From: Rhodothermales bacterium
GTDB taxonomy: Bacteria > Bacteroidota > Rhodothermia > Rhodothermales > Bin80
DNA: 64,000 bases
Reading direction: 5' to 3'
Assembly: GCA_022821875.1 (NCBI GenBank)
Contig: JAJECV010000005.1
Location: 365 to 64,364 of the forward strand
Shown here: one piece after another, positions 1 through 10,017 of the stretch
Position numbering within the stretch: position 1 is the first letter of the stretch
Layout: each line of letters begins with the position of its first letter
Translations under genes and position numbers: made by a program
The notes under the pieces: model-generated
The model's input: the letters and a program-made list of their open reading frames with translations, nothing else
What the model was told of the DNA's origin: nothing
The model's database searches: none

Positions 1-95
1 GAGACCAGTGTACATGGGGGAAAAACATCGAAGCCCGAAAGTTGACCATTAAACTCGTAATCTGTACAAGGTAAAACCATCCTATACAGTCCAAT

Positions 96-3000
96 ATGAT
101 TCGAACTCGAATTCAATTCAGTCTAGTGGTGATTCTTGCATTCACGGCTTTGATACCGGTTCCTGGATTTTCGCAGACACTGAATCTGGATCAGACCGTT
201 GAACCTGGGGTGATTCTAGTTCAATATGAATCCGGTATCTATCCGGGCAAGGCAGCCTATCCATCTGCACTGGACGTTCAATCCGTGGAAATGGCGTTTC
301 CATTTCTGGAAAATTTAACAGGAAAACGGGGGCAACTGGCCAGCGTACAGGCACTAAAACATGTCTATCGTGTGAGATATGAAGCAGATCTCTCTCCATT
401 CGATGCTGCGATGATGGTGGAAAACAGCCATGGTGTCAACTATGCCGAACCTCAATACCGGTATTTTACGGATCCGATCCCACTTCAAATGAATCCGGCT
501 CCGGGGGCATCCGGAAAGCAGGCCTCGCTCATCCCGAATGATCCACGATTCACCAATGAAGGGTATATGAAAATAATGGAAATCACAAAGGCCTGGGACG
601 TTGTAAAGGCAGAGGATGCAGAGGTGGTGATTGCGTTCGTGGATAGCGGTGTAGACTGGGAGCATCCCGATCTGATGGCGAATCTTTGGACGAATCCGGA
701 CGAAACTGAAAACAATGGCGTGGATGATGACGGGAACGGATTTATCGACGATGTGCACGGCTGGAATTTTAATAACAATTCCAATGATGCCAAACCGCTG
801 AGCGACCGGAATACCCACGGCACCGCCGTTGCAGGAACTGCGGTCGCCGTTGCCGACAACGGTGTAGGAATGGCCGGAACCAGTTGGAATGCAAAATTCA
901 TGCCCGTCAATTCGTCATGCAATATCCTTACGAACACAATCTGCCATGCGGATGACGGGGTACTCTACGCTGCAGTAAACGGGGCTCATATCATCAATGC
1001 CAGCTATGGATCACTCGCCCAGAGCATTACGACAGCCGGGGTTTATCAGACCGCTCAGGATCTTGGGAGCCTCGTCGTTACAGCGGCGGGGAATTATATC
1101 ATTGAATTAGGACGAAGCACCTGGATTACACCTGGATCCTACCTGTCCACACTCAATGTTTGTGGAACCGCCCACAATTCGTATCGCAATGTCTACACCT
1201 ACGGATACACCGTGGATGTATGTACAGTCGGAGAAAAAATCTTGACAACCACCTTAAATAACCGGTATGGACGGCATGACGGCACCTCCCTTTCCGCACC
1301 TTTGACTGCCGGAATTGCTGCGCTGGTAAAAGCACGATTCCCAGAGTTCACTCCACAGCAGATACGCGAACAGATTCGGGCAACTGCAGACGATCAGATT
1401 TATGATGAGAATCCACCCCGATTTTCGGGGCGCCTTGGACGCGGATATGTGAATGCCTATCGGGCGGTCACCGAAACCGACAATATCGCGGTCCGCATGG
1501 TGGACTCGGAAGTCGCAGATCAAAATAATGATGGCCGCTTTGACCTGTCCGAACAAATTAACCTTACCGCAACGTTTGAGTCCTTTCTGGCAGACGGGGA
1601 AAATCTTACGATTCAAATGATGACAGACCCCGGCCATACAACCTTTCTGAATGGTGACCATATCCGCTTAGATCGCCTTGAAGGTGGGGAACAGATCACA
1701 ATAGATTTCCTTATGAAACTTCTCCCGAGTGCACCCTACCGGTCATTGCTGTTTCTTGTACCCCACATCAGAACTCCAGAGGGGGAGCTTGTGAGTGGAT
1801 CGGAAGCGGTCCGGCTGCACATACATGAGGCGCAGCTGGCATTACACGAAACGGATACGTTCAAATACACGATGACCTCAGAAGGGAATATTGGCTTTGT
1901 CGATTTTAGCAAACAGATCTACTATACCGATAGCCGGGTCACTGGACAGATGACGGTGATGGGACAAAAATTTACTGCCTTTGCAGGTTTAATTATCGGA
2001 ACAGGGCCATCCAGAATTGCTGGATCAGTTTTTATTGGCCCCAGTCCGATAGGGTCACCACCTCTGCAGAATATGGATTTTGTCCCGGCAGATCAAATCA
2101 TGCTTTTTGAGGGAAAACACGGCGAACAAATCAGCCGGGTGACATTGAGGGAGCGATCAGGAAAACTCCCCGCCGGTTTAGATATTGTTCAGGAGTCCCT
2201 TACGGATTCGCAAAGTCAATTCGAAGATATTGCACTTTTCCGGTACAGATTGCGGAATCCGACCGGTTCCGCCATGAAAGGATTGCGGATCGGCTTATAT
2301 TTCTCTGTTTCCGCAAGTAAAGAAGTGGATATGTCCACCTATCTGGACGGAAACGTAGAAGAGATGCTCCCGTATATGAAACTGAACGTCGCCAAAAAGG
2401 GGTATCTGGGATTTGCGGTGTTATCTCATCAGGCCCGAAAACACTATAGAACCTACGCGGACGGAGGTGCCAAGGACTATTTGCAGACGTTGAGAGACAA
2501 ATGGGGCGGATTTACGGGGGGAATTGTTCCCGGTGTAAAAAGCGAGAAGGATAACGATGGGCAGCTCTTCGCCTCCGGGCCGTACACCGTGGACGCATTC
2601 TCGGAGGTTGTTGTGGATTTTGCAATGATCTATGGAACCGATCTGGATGATCTTAAAGAAAATGCACGCCGTATGCATCTATTGCAGGATCGCTGGATCC
2701 ATCCGGCATCGATCTCGGCTCCCGCCTCCATAGACATCCTGGAAGGAGAAACGGGATCGCTAAAGATTGCACTCTGGGCACCTCCATCAGAAGATGTGCA
2801 TATAGTGTTTTCTGGCCATGAAGCGACAGATTTGAGAATTGATCCAGATTTTTTGACCTTCCGCAGCGACAACTGGTCAACGACACAAACAGTGGCTCTG
2901 CATACCATTGAGGACGACGACAATACGGATGATACGGTAACCCTGACCCTGACCGCACGCGGGGGCGGGTACGAGACCATGCACAACATTGCGGTGACCA

Positions 3001-3323
3001 TCACCGACCATATGGCTCTGGATGTTTCTGAATCAGAGATTCCGCAGCAAGTGACGCTTTGGGGAAACTACCCCAATCCTCTCTCCGATGCAACAAACAT
3101 TGAATTTGATCTACCGGCTCCGGCACTCGTCTCGGTCATCATGGTGGATCTACTTGGCCGAACGGTCAAGAACCTGCCCTATGGGTGGTTTGGGTCTGGA
3201 AGATCACATACGATAGAGATGAATACGTCTGACTTAACCTCGGGGGTATATTACTACATCCTCAGGATTGACTCGGAAGAAAACCGGGTTACGCAATCTG
3301 GATCCATGACCATTGTGCGATAA
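96..3323 (+). CDS. Secreted subtilisin-like serine peptidase (S8 family) with a Calx-beta-like surface module and a T9SS C-terminal sorting domain
   Basis: ATG at 96 with signal peptide MIRTRIQFSLVVILAFTALIPVPGFSQ. S8 catalytic motifs AFVDSGVDWEHPDL (Asp), NTHGTAVAGTAVA (His), DGTSLSAPLTAG (Ser). A ~100-aa module at nt ~2707-3010 resembles the repeats of the 57314-64000 gene. The C-terminus LWGNYPNPLSDATNIEFDL...GVYYYIL...MTIVR is a typical Por/T9SS CTD (nt ~3049-3320). Confidence 0.9.
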   Translation: MIRTRIQFSLVVILAFTALIPVPGFSQTLNLDQTVEPGVILVQYESGIYPGKAAYPSALDVQSVEMAFPFLENLTGKRGQLASVQALKHVYRVRYEADLSPFDAAMMVENSHGVNYAEPQYRYFTDPIPLQMNPAPGASGKQASLIPNDPRFTNEGYMKIMEITKAWDVVKAEDAEVVIAFVDSGVDWEHPDLMANLWTNPDETENNGVDDDGNGFIDDVHGWNFNNNSNDAKPLSDRNTHGTAVAGTAVAVADNGVGMAGTSWNAKFMPVNSSCNILTNTICHADDGVLYAAVNGAHIINASYGSLAQSITTAGVYQTAQDLGSLVVTAAGNYIIELGRSTWITPGSYLSTLNVCGTAHNSYRNVYTYGYTVDVCTVGEKILTTTLNNRYGRHDGTSLSAPLTAGIAALVKARFPEFTPQQIREQIRATADDQIYDENPPRFSGRLGRGYVNAYRAVTETDNIAVRMVDSEVADQNNDGRFDLSEQINLTATFESFLADGENLTIQMMTDPGHTTFLNGDHIRLDRLEGGEQITIDFLMKLLPSAPYRSLLFLVPHIRTPEGELVSGSEAVRLHIHEAQLALHETDTFKYTMTSEGNIGFVDFSKQIYYTDSRVTGQMTVMGQKFTAFAGLIIGTGPSRIAGSVFIGPSPIGSPPLQNMDFVPADQIMLFEGKHGEQISRVTLRERSGKLPAGLDIVQESLTDSQSQFEDIALFRYRLRNPTGSAMKGLRIGLYFSVSASKEVDMSTYLDGNVEEMLPYMKLNVAKKGYLGFAVLSHQARKHYRTYADGGAKDYLQTLRDKWGGFTGGIVPGVKSEKDNDGQLFASGPYTVDAFSEVVVDFAMIYGTDLDDLKENARRMHLLQDRWIHPASISAPASIDILEGETGSLKIALWAPPSEDVHIVFSGHEATDLRIDPDFLTFRSDNWSTTQTVALHTIEDDDNTDDTVTLTLTARGGGYETMHNIAVTITDHMALDVSESEIPQQVTLWGNYPNPLSDATNIEFDLPAPALVSVIMVDLLGRTVKNLPYGWFGSGRSHTIEMNTSDLTSGVYYYILRIDSEENRVTQSGSMTIVR

Positions 3324-3511
3324 CGTGTATCCGAGAGACACCAGCTTATAAAGAATCCGGCTGTGCAGGCGGATCAGGAACCGGGGAATCGCCGGCGGCG
3401 ATTTCATGCCGGCCCCCTGCCCTTTATAAGCCGATCTGAATATCGAACAGGAACATTGGGGGAAAATTCTTGTTTCGGTACGCGCACAACCCCTTACAAA
3501 CGACCGGCCTC

Positions 3512-5368
3512 ATGACACGTGCCATTTTTCTTTTGATTTTTTGCTTTTTCGGTGCGATTCCAGCTTCCAGCCTGTCTGCACAGCCATGGGAATTGATCTG
3601 GAGTGACGAATTTGACTATACTGGACTGCCCAATCCTGAACGTTGGGGTTACGATGTTGGTGGACACGGATGGGGCAATGCGGAAAAGCAATTCTATACC
3701 GAAAAGCGTCAGGAAAATGCCCGGGCTGATGGCAACCACCTTGTGATTGAAGCCAGAAAGGAGTCGTGGAGCGGTCGTGACTACACCTCTTCGAGACTGG
3801 TCTCTAAAGGAAAGGGAGACTGGACTTATGGGCGCTTTGAAATACGTGCGCAACTCCCTTCTGGAAGAGGTACCTGGCCAGCAATCTGGATGCTGCCCAC
3901 AAACAACTCCTACGGCACTGCTTACTGGCCCGACAACGGGGAAATTGATATCATGGAGCATGTAGGACACAACCCGGGCACAATTCACGCGACGATTCAT
4001 ACGGATGCATATAATCATTTACGTGGAACCCAGCGCGGCAGCTCAAAATCCGTCCCTGATGCATCAGATGCTTTTCACGTATATGCCGTCGAATGGACTC
4101 CAAACCGAATGGTGTTTTCCATCGATGAGGAAACGTTCTGGACCTATTCCAAAGGCCTCAGTAATTGGCAGGGCTGGCCATTTGACAAGGATTTTCATTT
4201 GATCCTGAATATTGCGGTCGGCGGCAGCTGGGGAGGCCAGCAGGGGATTGACGACAGCATCTTCCCACAGCAGATGCTGATTGACTATGTGCGGGCTTAC
4301 CGTTACACGGCGACACCAGAGTTGACCTTTGACGCTCCTGCAAACCTTGAGGCAGGAGGCACGGCGACATTCATGGGGACTGCAACCGTGCAGAATCCTG
4401 ACCACCGGATACTGAGAGTAGAACTCTATCAGGGGGATGGCCTCCTCGAAACGATCAGAAGCGGCGGGCAATGGAGTGCATCCATTGAAAATGTACACAA
4501 GGGGTGCTATACCATGCGTGCCCGTACAATTGACACTGGGGGATGGAGTACTTTCTCAGACTCGAAAATGCTGAATGCAGGAAATACATCATGCACGGAA
4601 AATGCCCCGTACCTGATGCGTCCACACCTGATCGAAGAAAAAATAGAGGCCGAATACTTTGACCTGGGTGGCCCTGGAGTTGCTTACCGAGACCGTTCCA
4701 ATACAAATGACGGGAAAGGAATACGACTGAACGAAGGAGTAGATGTCTATCCCACCACCGATGGTACCGGCTACCATGTCGCAAATATTTCCCGGGGAGA
4801 ATGGCTCACTTATACTGTACAGGTAGATCAAGCCGGGGTCTACGACCTGCAAATGAGGCTGGAAAGCCAGGCCGCACAAATCTCGTTTTCACTTGAATTT
4901 GACGGTCAGGATAAAACTGGAGTCATTGAACATACCAATACGAAAAACATCTTCCAAACGATCCGTGTAATTACCGAAAACGGAATTGAACTGAATGCGG
5001 GAACACAGGTGATGAAAGTCCATCTTCGGGGTGGAGCACCAAAACTCAACTGGATGCAGTTCAAATTACGATCTCCGACCAATCGTGAAGAACTCCCTGA
5101 ACATGGTGAGACCGGACTCATCGGAAATTATCCCAACCCGTTCACCACCTATACAACCATACAGTACAGAGTGGGGCAACCCGGCCGTGTCGTGATGGAA
5201 CTATTCAATCTCCTGGGCCAGCGTGTTCGCACACTGGCAGATCATCATCACCAGACGGGCGAGTACTCCACTGTAGTATACGCGGAGGGGCTTAGCACTG
5301 GAACCTATTTCTATACTCTCACTGGAGATATTACAGCGCAACGTTCACTTCAGTATCTTGGACACTGA
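3512..5368 (+). CDS. Glycoside hydrolase family 16 beta-glucanase (laminarinase-like) with CBM6-like module and T9SS C-terminal sorting domain
   Basis: GH16 catalytic motif GEIDIMEH, with WPAIWMLP and FHLILNIAVGG. CBM6-like block IEAEYFDLGGPGVAYRD...GEWLTYTV...GVYDLQMRL. C-terminal GNYPNPFTTYTTIQYRV...GTYFYTL is a T9SS CTD. I prefer the ATG at 3512 (MTRAIFLLIFCFFGAIPASSLSAQ signal) over the TTG at 3470. Confidence 0.85.
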   Translation: MTRAIFLLIFCFFGAIPASSLSAQPWELIWSDEFDYTGLPNPERWGYDVGGHGWGNAEKQFYTEKRQENARADGNHLVIEARKESWSGRDYTSSRLVSKGKGDWTYGRFEIRAQLPSGRGTWPAIWMLPTNNSYGTAYWPDNGEIDIMEHVGHNPGTIHATIHTDAYNHLRGTQRGSSKSVPDASDAFHVYAVEWTPNRMVFSIDEETFWTYSKGLSNWQGWPFDKDFHLILNIAVGGSWGGQQGIDDSIFPQQMLIDYVRAYRYTATPELTFDAPANLEAGGTATFMGTATVQNPDHRILRVELYQGDGLLETIRSGGQWSASIENVHKGCYTMRARTIDTGGWSTFSDSKMLNAGNTSCTENAPYLMRPHLIEEKIEAEYFDLGGPGVAYRDRSNTNDGKGIRLNEGVDVYPTTDGTGYHVANISRGEWLTYTVQVDQAGVYDLQMRLESQAAQISFSLEFDGQDKTGVIEHTNTKNIFQTIRVITENGIELNAGTQVMKVHLRGGAPKLNWMQFKLRSPTNREELPEHGETGLIGNYPNPFTTYTTIQYRVGQPGRVVMELFNLLGQRVRTLADHHHQTGEYSTVVYAEGLSTGTYFYTLTGDITAQRSLQYLGH

Positions 5369-5681
5369 AGATCCTGTCTGGCACGAATAGCTGGATACGG
5401 TACCTGAGCAACTTTGATACAGCGTTTTGCCGCAAGGTGAAAGATGCCCCTGAACATGGCATCGCCAACTGCTACGCAAACTGTCACGAGAGCCGGAGGC
5501 CTGCATGCAAAAGATTACCCTCCCCGTACACAAAAACACCACTGAGCACACCGGCATACCGTATCCACTTAAAAATGGAGATTTCAAATCCATCCAGTAC
5601 TCATGTCATCAAAGGGCATTCCATAAACAGATCTATGGTGTGCCCCTGCGCTGGCTACGGGCAGGTTGACTCGACGGAAGA

Positions 5682-6671
5682 TCACCGTACCTGATCGGAA
5701 ATTTTGAAGCGTGGCGAAACCAGTTCGCTGTCATCCAAAAACGTTGTTATCTGAATAATCCTTGCACGCTCCGTGCTATACACCGTGACCGTCTTCTCGA
5801 CAGGACGATCTTGATTACGTACAACGGGAGGATGCTCTATAATGTACATACTCTCCGCATTCCATGCCGGCAAAATTTCTGCATCATGCAGTTTTCTGTG
5901 GGATGCAGAACTGGATAATATGACCTGGCCACCTCTGGTGGCAATCGTGATTTCTGCCATTGATGTGCTCCTCACAATTCGGCGCAGATGTCGATTTGTC
6001 TTTGCGACAGGCCATCCGGCGACCTCTGTGATGTTCAAAAATGTATCCATGAGCACCGCCTGCACCGCCATTTGTTTCGAAAATACCGCATCAAGGATGG
6101 AATGAACTTCATCGAAATGTAGCGTATCCGGAGACAATCGTGGCCCGGGTCCTCCAAAAATAGCATTTGAAGCGTGGCGTTCATTCGGCAATCCCCGCTC
6201 TCCAAATGCCACCACATGCCCAACCTGCACAATGCGGGGGCGATCAATTCCACTCACCCCGACATACTTGACCACATTCCAGTCAATCTCACGCTTCTGA
6301 GCAATTTGAGTGACACATCCATCGCTGTCTATGTTGGCCGAGAGCAATGGAAAGAAGGCCGATGCCTGCGGTTGAGTATCGGCATCACCGGAAAACGTGA
6401 ATTCAATCGGATTCCCATCATCATCAGTGGCCGCCGTCAGGTAAACGACTCCATCCGAATCCGTCACCCACAATTCATCCAGTGCAGTTTTTTCTACGAT
6501 CTTCCTGAAGATCAAGATGATCTCAGACGGTGGAATCCCATGTTCTTCGGCAGCAGCGACCAGATGCGCAAGAATGCGGGCCTGCCCCGTCATCTGCGCA
6601 TTTAAGAGCACATCAAGCGCCTCTGCAACATCACTCGGAGAAAGTAAACTCATCAAACAAAAATCCTGCAT
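5682..6671 (-). CDS. Hypothetical cytoplasmic protein with two tandem PDC/Cache-like halves
   Basis: Long ORF with no competing gene and no signal peptide. Internal duplication: ALDVLLNAQMTGQARILAHL...IFRKIVEKTALDELWVTDSDGVVYLTA versus ILDAVFSKQMAVQAVLMDTF...HLRRIVRSTSMAEITIATRGGQVILSS. No family recognised with certainty. Confidence 0.6.
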   Translation of the reverse strand: MQDFCLMSLLSPSDVAEALDVLLNAQMTGQARILAHLVAAAEEHGIPPSEIILIFRKIVEKTALDELWVTDSDGVVYLTAATDDDGNPIEFTFSGDADTQPQASAFFPLLSANIDSDGCVTQIAQKREIDWNVVKYVGVSGIDRPRIVQVGHVVAFGERGLPNERHASNAIFGGPGPRLSPDTLHFDEVHSILDAVFSKQMAVQAVLMDTFLNITEVAGWPVAKTNRHLRRIVRSTSMAEITIATRGGQVILSSSASHRKLHDAEILPAWNAESMYIIEHPPVVRNQDRPVEKTVTVYSTERARIIQITTFLDDSELVSPRFKISDQVR

Positions 6672-7097
6672 GATTGGATCCGAATCACCTTTACCGACAA
6701 TGATGTGACCAATCCGTCCAAATATACAACATACCGAAGCACAACACCGCCTATTCTCCAGAATAAGATCCGAGACACATCAAAAAAATCAGTTCCTATG
6801 CCTAAGATACGCTGATCTCCGCAATACTGAGGCAAATCCTGCACTGCACCTGCCTTTTCTTCAATATGACCACCGTTATTTGCATCCACAATCCACACAA
6901 TAGTCATCATCCAATTGTTGAGTAATTTAGGGATTTTAGGCAAATATTGGGATTTTCTGAAGAAAAAACCGCCTTTTTTGTTAATATTTTGTGAATTCTG
7001 CCGAATTACTTGAACTTTTCCCTTTTTATTCCGTACCTTGTGGATATTCCAGATTCGCTGGACTGGAATCTGTAACCAAACACACAATTTAAACCTT

Positions 7098-9290
7098 ATG
7101 AGCATCCGACTTCACAACCTTACCGCCGCAACCAAGTACCGCGCAAACCACATTGAAAAGATCACCCCGCCTGATCTGGAAGAGAATTTTGCAGAGAATA
7201 CGTTCAGCATTGACGAAATGCGCAAGCGTCTGCCAAAAGAAGTCTTCCAGGGAATGGTGAACTGCATTACGAAAGGTTCTCCGATTGCCACGCACCATGC
7301 AGAAATCGTGGCCCTTACCATGAAAGAATGGGCCCTGGAGCGCGGCGCAACTCACTTCGTCCATTGGTTTCAGCCCCTCACAGGCGGGACCGCAGGGAAG
7401 CATGACAGCTTCATCAATCCCACTATCGTCGGCCGGGCCATCACCGCACTACGAGGGAAAGACCTGATTCAGGGCGAACCTGATGCATCCAGTTTCCCGA
7501 ATGGTGGACTGCGGGCCACCCACGAAGCACGGGGATATACCGTATGGGATCCCTCTTCGCCTGCATTTCTGGTCGAAAATGACAACGGCAGTTATCTGGC
7601 CGTTCCGACCTGCTTCGTATCCTGGACTGGAGAGGCACTGGACCATAAAACGCCGCTGCTGCGATCTATTGACGCATTGGACCGGCAGGCACGCCGCGTC
7701 CTTCGGATGCTGAACAAAGAAGCCGAACGCGTACAGACCACCGTCGGAGCAGAGCAGGAATACTTCCTGATTGATGAGGAGTATTTCTATCGCCGTGCTG
7801 ATCTGGTCAACACCGGACGTACCCTCCTTGGCGCTGCCCCTCCCAAAGGACAGCAGCTGGATGATCATTACTTCGGAGAAATTCCAGGCAGACAGCTTTC
7901 CTGTATGCTGGATGCCGAAAAAGAACTCTACCGTCTCGGGATCCCCGTTAAGACCAGACATAACGAGGTCGCACCCAGTCAGTATGAACTGGCACCTGTC
8001 TTTGAAACCAGCGGGATCGCTGCAGACCATCAGCATCTCATCATGATTACGCTCAAACGGGTTGCGCGGAAACATGGAATGGTGGCACTCCTGCACGAGA
8101 AACCATTTGCCGACCTGAACGGCTCCGGGAAGCACATCAACTGGTCCATCTCCACCGATGAAGGGGAAAACCTGCTTGATCCTGGGATTGCCCCTCATGA
8201 AAACCTTACCTTCCTGATCTTCTGCACCGCGGTAATCCGCGCCGTCTACCGGCATCAGGACCTGCTTCGGATTTCGGTAAGCTCCGCAAGCAATGACCAT
8301 CGTCTAGGGGCAAACGAAGCACCTCCGGCAATCCTGAGTGTCTTCCTTGGTACACAGCTCTATGATCTGTACCAGAAATTGATCAATGGTGATGAACTGA
8401 CCACCGCCAAAGATACCGACCTGTTTCTGGGGGTCAGTATGCTGCCACTGGTTCCCAAACATGCAGGGGATCGTAACCGGACCTCACCATTTGCCTTCAC
8501 AGGAAATAAATTTGAATTCCGGGCTGCCGGATCCAACCAGTCATTGGCCTTCCCGAATGTGGTACTGAATGCAGCCGTTGCCGAATCTCTGCGAGACTTT
8601 GCAAACAGCCTGCGTGATGCCCTCCGCGGAAAAGATAAGGGAGATCCTGATGTCTTCAAAAAGACGGTGATTGACATCCTGAGCAAAATTGCAATGGAAT
8701 CCCAGACCATCCTGTTTGAAGGAGATAACTACTCGGAAGACTGGCATAAGGAAGCCGAAGAGCGCGGGCTGCTGAATCTGCGCACAACCGTGGATGCACT
8801 CCGGCATTTTGATGATGAAAAAAATGTCGCACTGTTCTCCTCGTTTGGCATCCTGAGTGCCGCCGAACTGAAAGCCCGCAAAGAAATTGCCCTTGAACAG
8901 TATGAGATGGCCATTGATATTGAAGGTCGAACGCTGGAAAATCTGGTGCGGACACAGATCATACCCGCAGGCTTTGAGTATCTTAACGAACTCGTACAGA
9001 TCTCGCTTCATTCCTCAAAAGCCGGACTGAAATCAAAAGTGATCTCTCCCGCTGCACACACTGCGGAGTCTGTCAATCAGCACCTGTCCGAACTAGTCAG
9101 TGCAACGGATGAGTTAACCGAGCAATTAAATGTGCATATTGACGATATGCAGGATAATGCACAGCACAAAAAGGATGATGTCATACCAGCTATGTTGAAA
9201 GTTCGTGAGGCAGCCGATGCTCTGGAAGGCATCGTTCCGCACGACAAATGGCCGCTGCCGAACTACAGCGAAATGCTTTTTGTACACTGA
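7098..9290 (+). CDS. glnN: Glutamine synthetase type III
   Basis: About 730 aa. The N-terminus ...FAENTFSIDEMRKRLPKEVFQ... and the core EQEYFLID, HNEVAPSQYELAP, LHEKPFADLNGSGKHINWS are characteristic of GSIII. ATG at 7098 (MSIRLHNL) is preferred over the upstream alternative start at 7038. Confidence 0.9.
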   Translation: MSIRLHNLTAATKYRANHIEKITPPDLEENFAENTFSIDEMRKRLPKEVFQGMVNCITKGSPIATHHAEIVALTMKEWALERGATHFVHWFQPLTGGTAGKHDSFINPTIVGRAITALRGKDLIQGEPDASSFPNGGLRATHEARGYTVWDPSSPAFLVENDNGSYLAVPTCFVSWTGEALDHKTPLLRSIDALDRQARRVLRMLNKEAERVQTTVGAEQEYFLIDEEYFYRRADLVNTGRTLLGAAPPKGQQLDDHYFGEIPGRQLSCMLDAEKELYRLGIPVKTRHNEVAPSQYELAPVFETSGIAADHQHLIMITLKRVARKHGMVALLHEKPFADLNGSGKHINWSISTDEGENLLDPGIAPHENLTFLIFCTAVIRAVYRHQDLLRISVSSASNDHRLGANEAPPAILSVFLGTQLYDLYQKLINGDELTTAKDTDLFLGVSMLPLVPKHAGDRNRTSPFAFTGNKFEFRAAGSNQSLAFPNVVLNAAVAESLRDFANSLRDALRGKDKGDPDVFKKTVIDILSKIAMESQTILFEGDNYSEDWHKEAEERGLLNLRTTVDALRHFDDEKNVALFSSFGILSAAELKARKEIALEQYEMAIDIEGRTLENLVRTQIIPAGFEYLNELVQISLHSSKAGLKSKVISPAAHTAESVNQHLSELVSATDELTEQLNVHIDDMQDNAQHKKDDVIPAMLKVREAADALEGIVPHDKWPLPNYSEMLFVH

Positions 9291-9309
9291 TCACCGTTCC
9301 CTCCCGGCT

Positions 9310-9342
9310 GCGGGATCCCTGCTCATGGAGCGGGGATCCCGC
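9310..9342. terminator. Bidirectional stem-loop between convergent glnN and the nitroreductase gene
   Basis: Perfect 10-bp arms gcgggatccc (9310-9319) and gggatcccgc (9333-9342) with a 13-nt loop, placed between the two stop codons. No clear U-tract. Confidence 0.5.
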
Positions 9343-9352
9343 AATCTCTGCA

Positions 9353-10015
9353 TCATCCCCCCTCCTTCCAGGTCACCAGTTGTTCCTGATTTTTTCGTGT
9401 TAAATCCGGTACCGTTGCCCCCTCCGCAGGGTATCCTACAGGAAAAAGGATATAGGCCCTTTCATGTTTGGGTCGCCCCAGGATCTCGCCCAAAAACCGC
9501 ATTGGGCTCGGCGTATGAGTCAGTGTAACCAGGCCCAGGTTGTGGATTGCAGCAATCAGCAGCCCGCAGGCAATTCCACAACTCTCCTGAACGTAATAAT
9601 TTTTCTTCCCGTCATCCCCAATATTCTTGGCAAAACAGATCACCAGCCAGGGTGCCGTTTCAAGGAAGGGCTTATGCCAGTCGGTGCCGATCGGATGAAG
9701 TGCTTCCAGCCATTCCTCTGACATTCGCCGCTCGTAGCTTTCACGCTCTTCCTTTTCAGCGGCTTTCCGAATCTCCGACTGGATCACAGGATCGCTTACC
9801 GCGACAAAATGCCAGGGTTGGCGATGCGCTCCGCTCGGGGCCGTGCCGGCGGTCAGGATCGCCTCCTTAATCAATTCACGCGGAACGGGACGACTGCTGA
9901 ACATCCGAACCGAACGCCTCCGTTGCATCAGAGTACGGAATTGCAGAGCCCGTGCAGACATTTCTTCCAGTGGGCGCGTCGGAAACTGTAACGGCTTCTG
10001 CGGATAACGCTCCAT
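9353..10015 (-). CDS. Nitroreductase-superfamily flavoprotein, iodotyrosine deiodinase (IYD)-like dehalogenase
   Basis: RRSVRMFSSRPVP...AGTAPSGAHRQPWHFVAV...EKEERESYERRM...DWHKPFLETAPWLVICF...LGLVTLTHTP...LFPVGYPAEGATVPDLTRK aligns along its length with my recollection of mammalian IYD. ATG at 10015 abuts the asnS stop (10018-10020). Confidence 0.8.
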   Translation of the reverse strand: MERYPQKPLQFPTRPLEEMSARALQFRTLMQRRRSVRMFSSRPVPRELIKEAILTAGTAPSGAHRQPWHFVAVSDPVIQSEIRKAAEKEERESYERRMSEEWLEALHPIGTDWHKPFLETAPWLVICFAKNIGDDGKKNYYVQESCGIACGLLIAAIHNLGLVTLTHTPSPMRFLGEILGRPKHERAYILFPVGYPAEGATVPDLTRKNQEQLVTWKEGG

Positions 10016-10017
10016 CC

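Noticed and set aside
7449-8300. 283-aa ORF antisense to glnN (and the smaller ORFs 7089-7403, 8360-9011)
   Set aside because: It lies entirely inside a confidently identified GSIII gene on the other strand. It has Arg/Gly/Pro-rich, low-information composition and no recognisable motifs. This is a typical shadow ORF.
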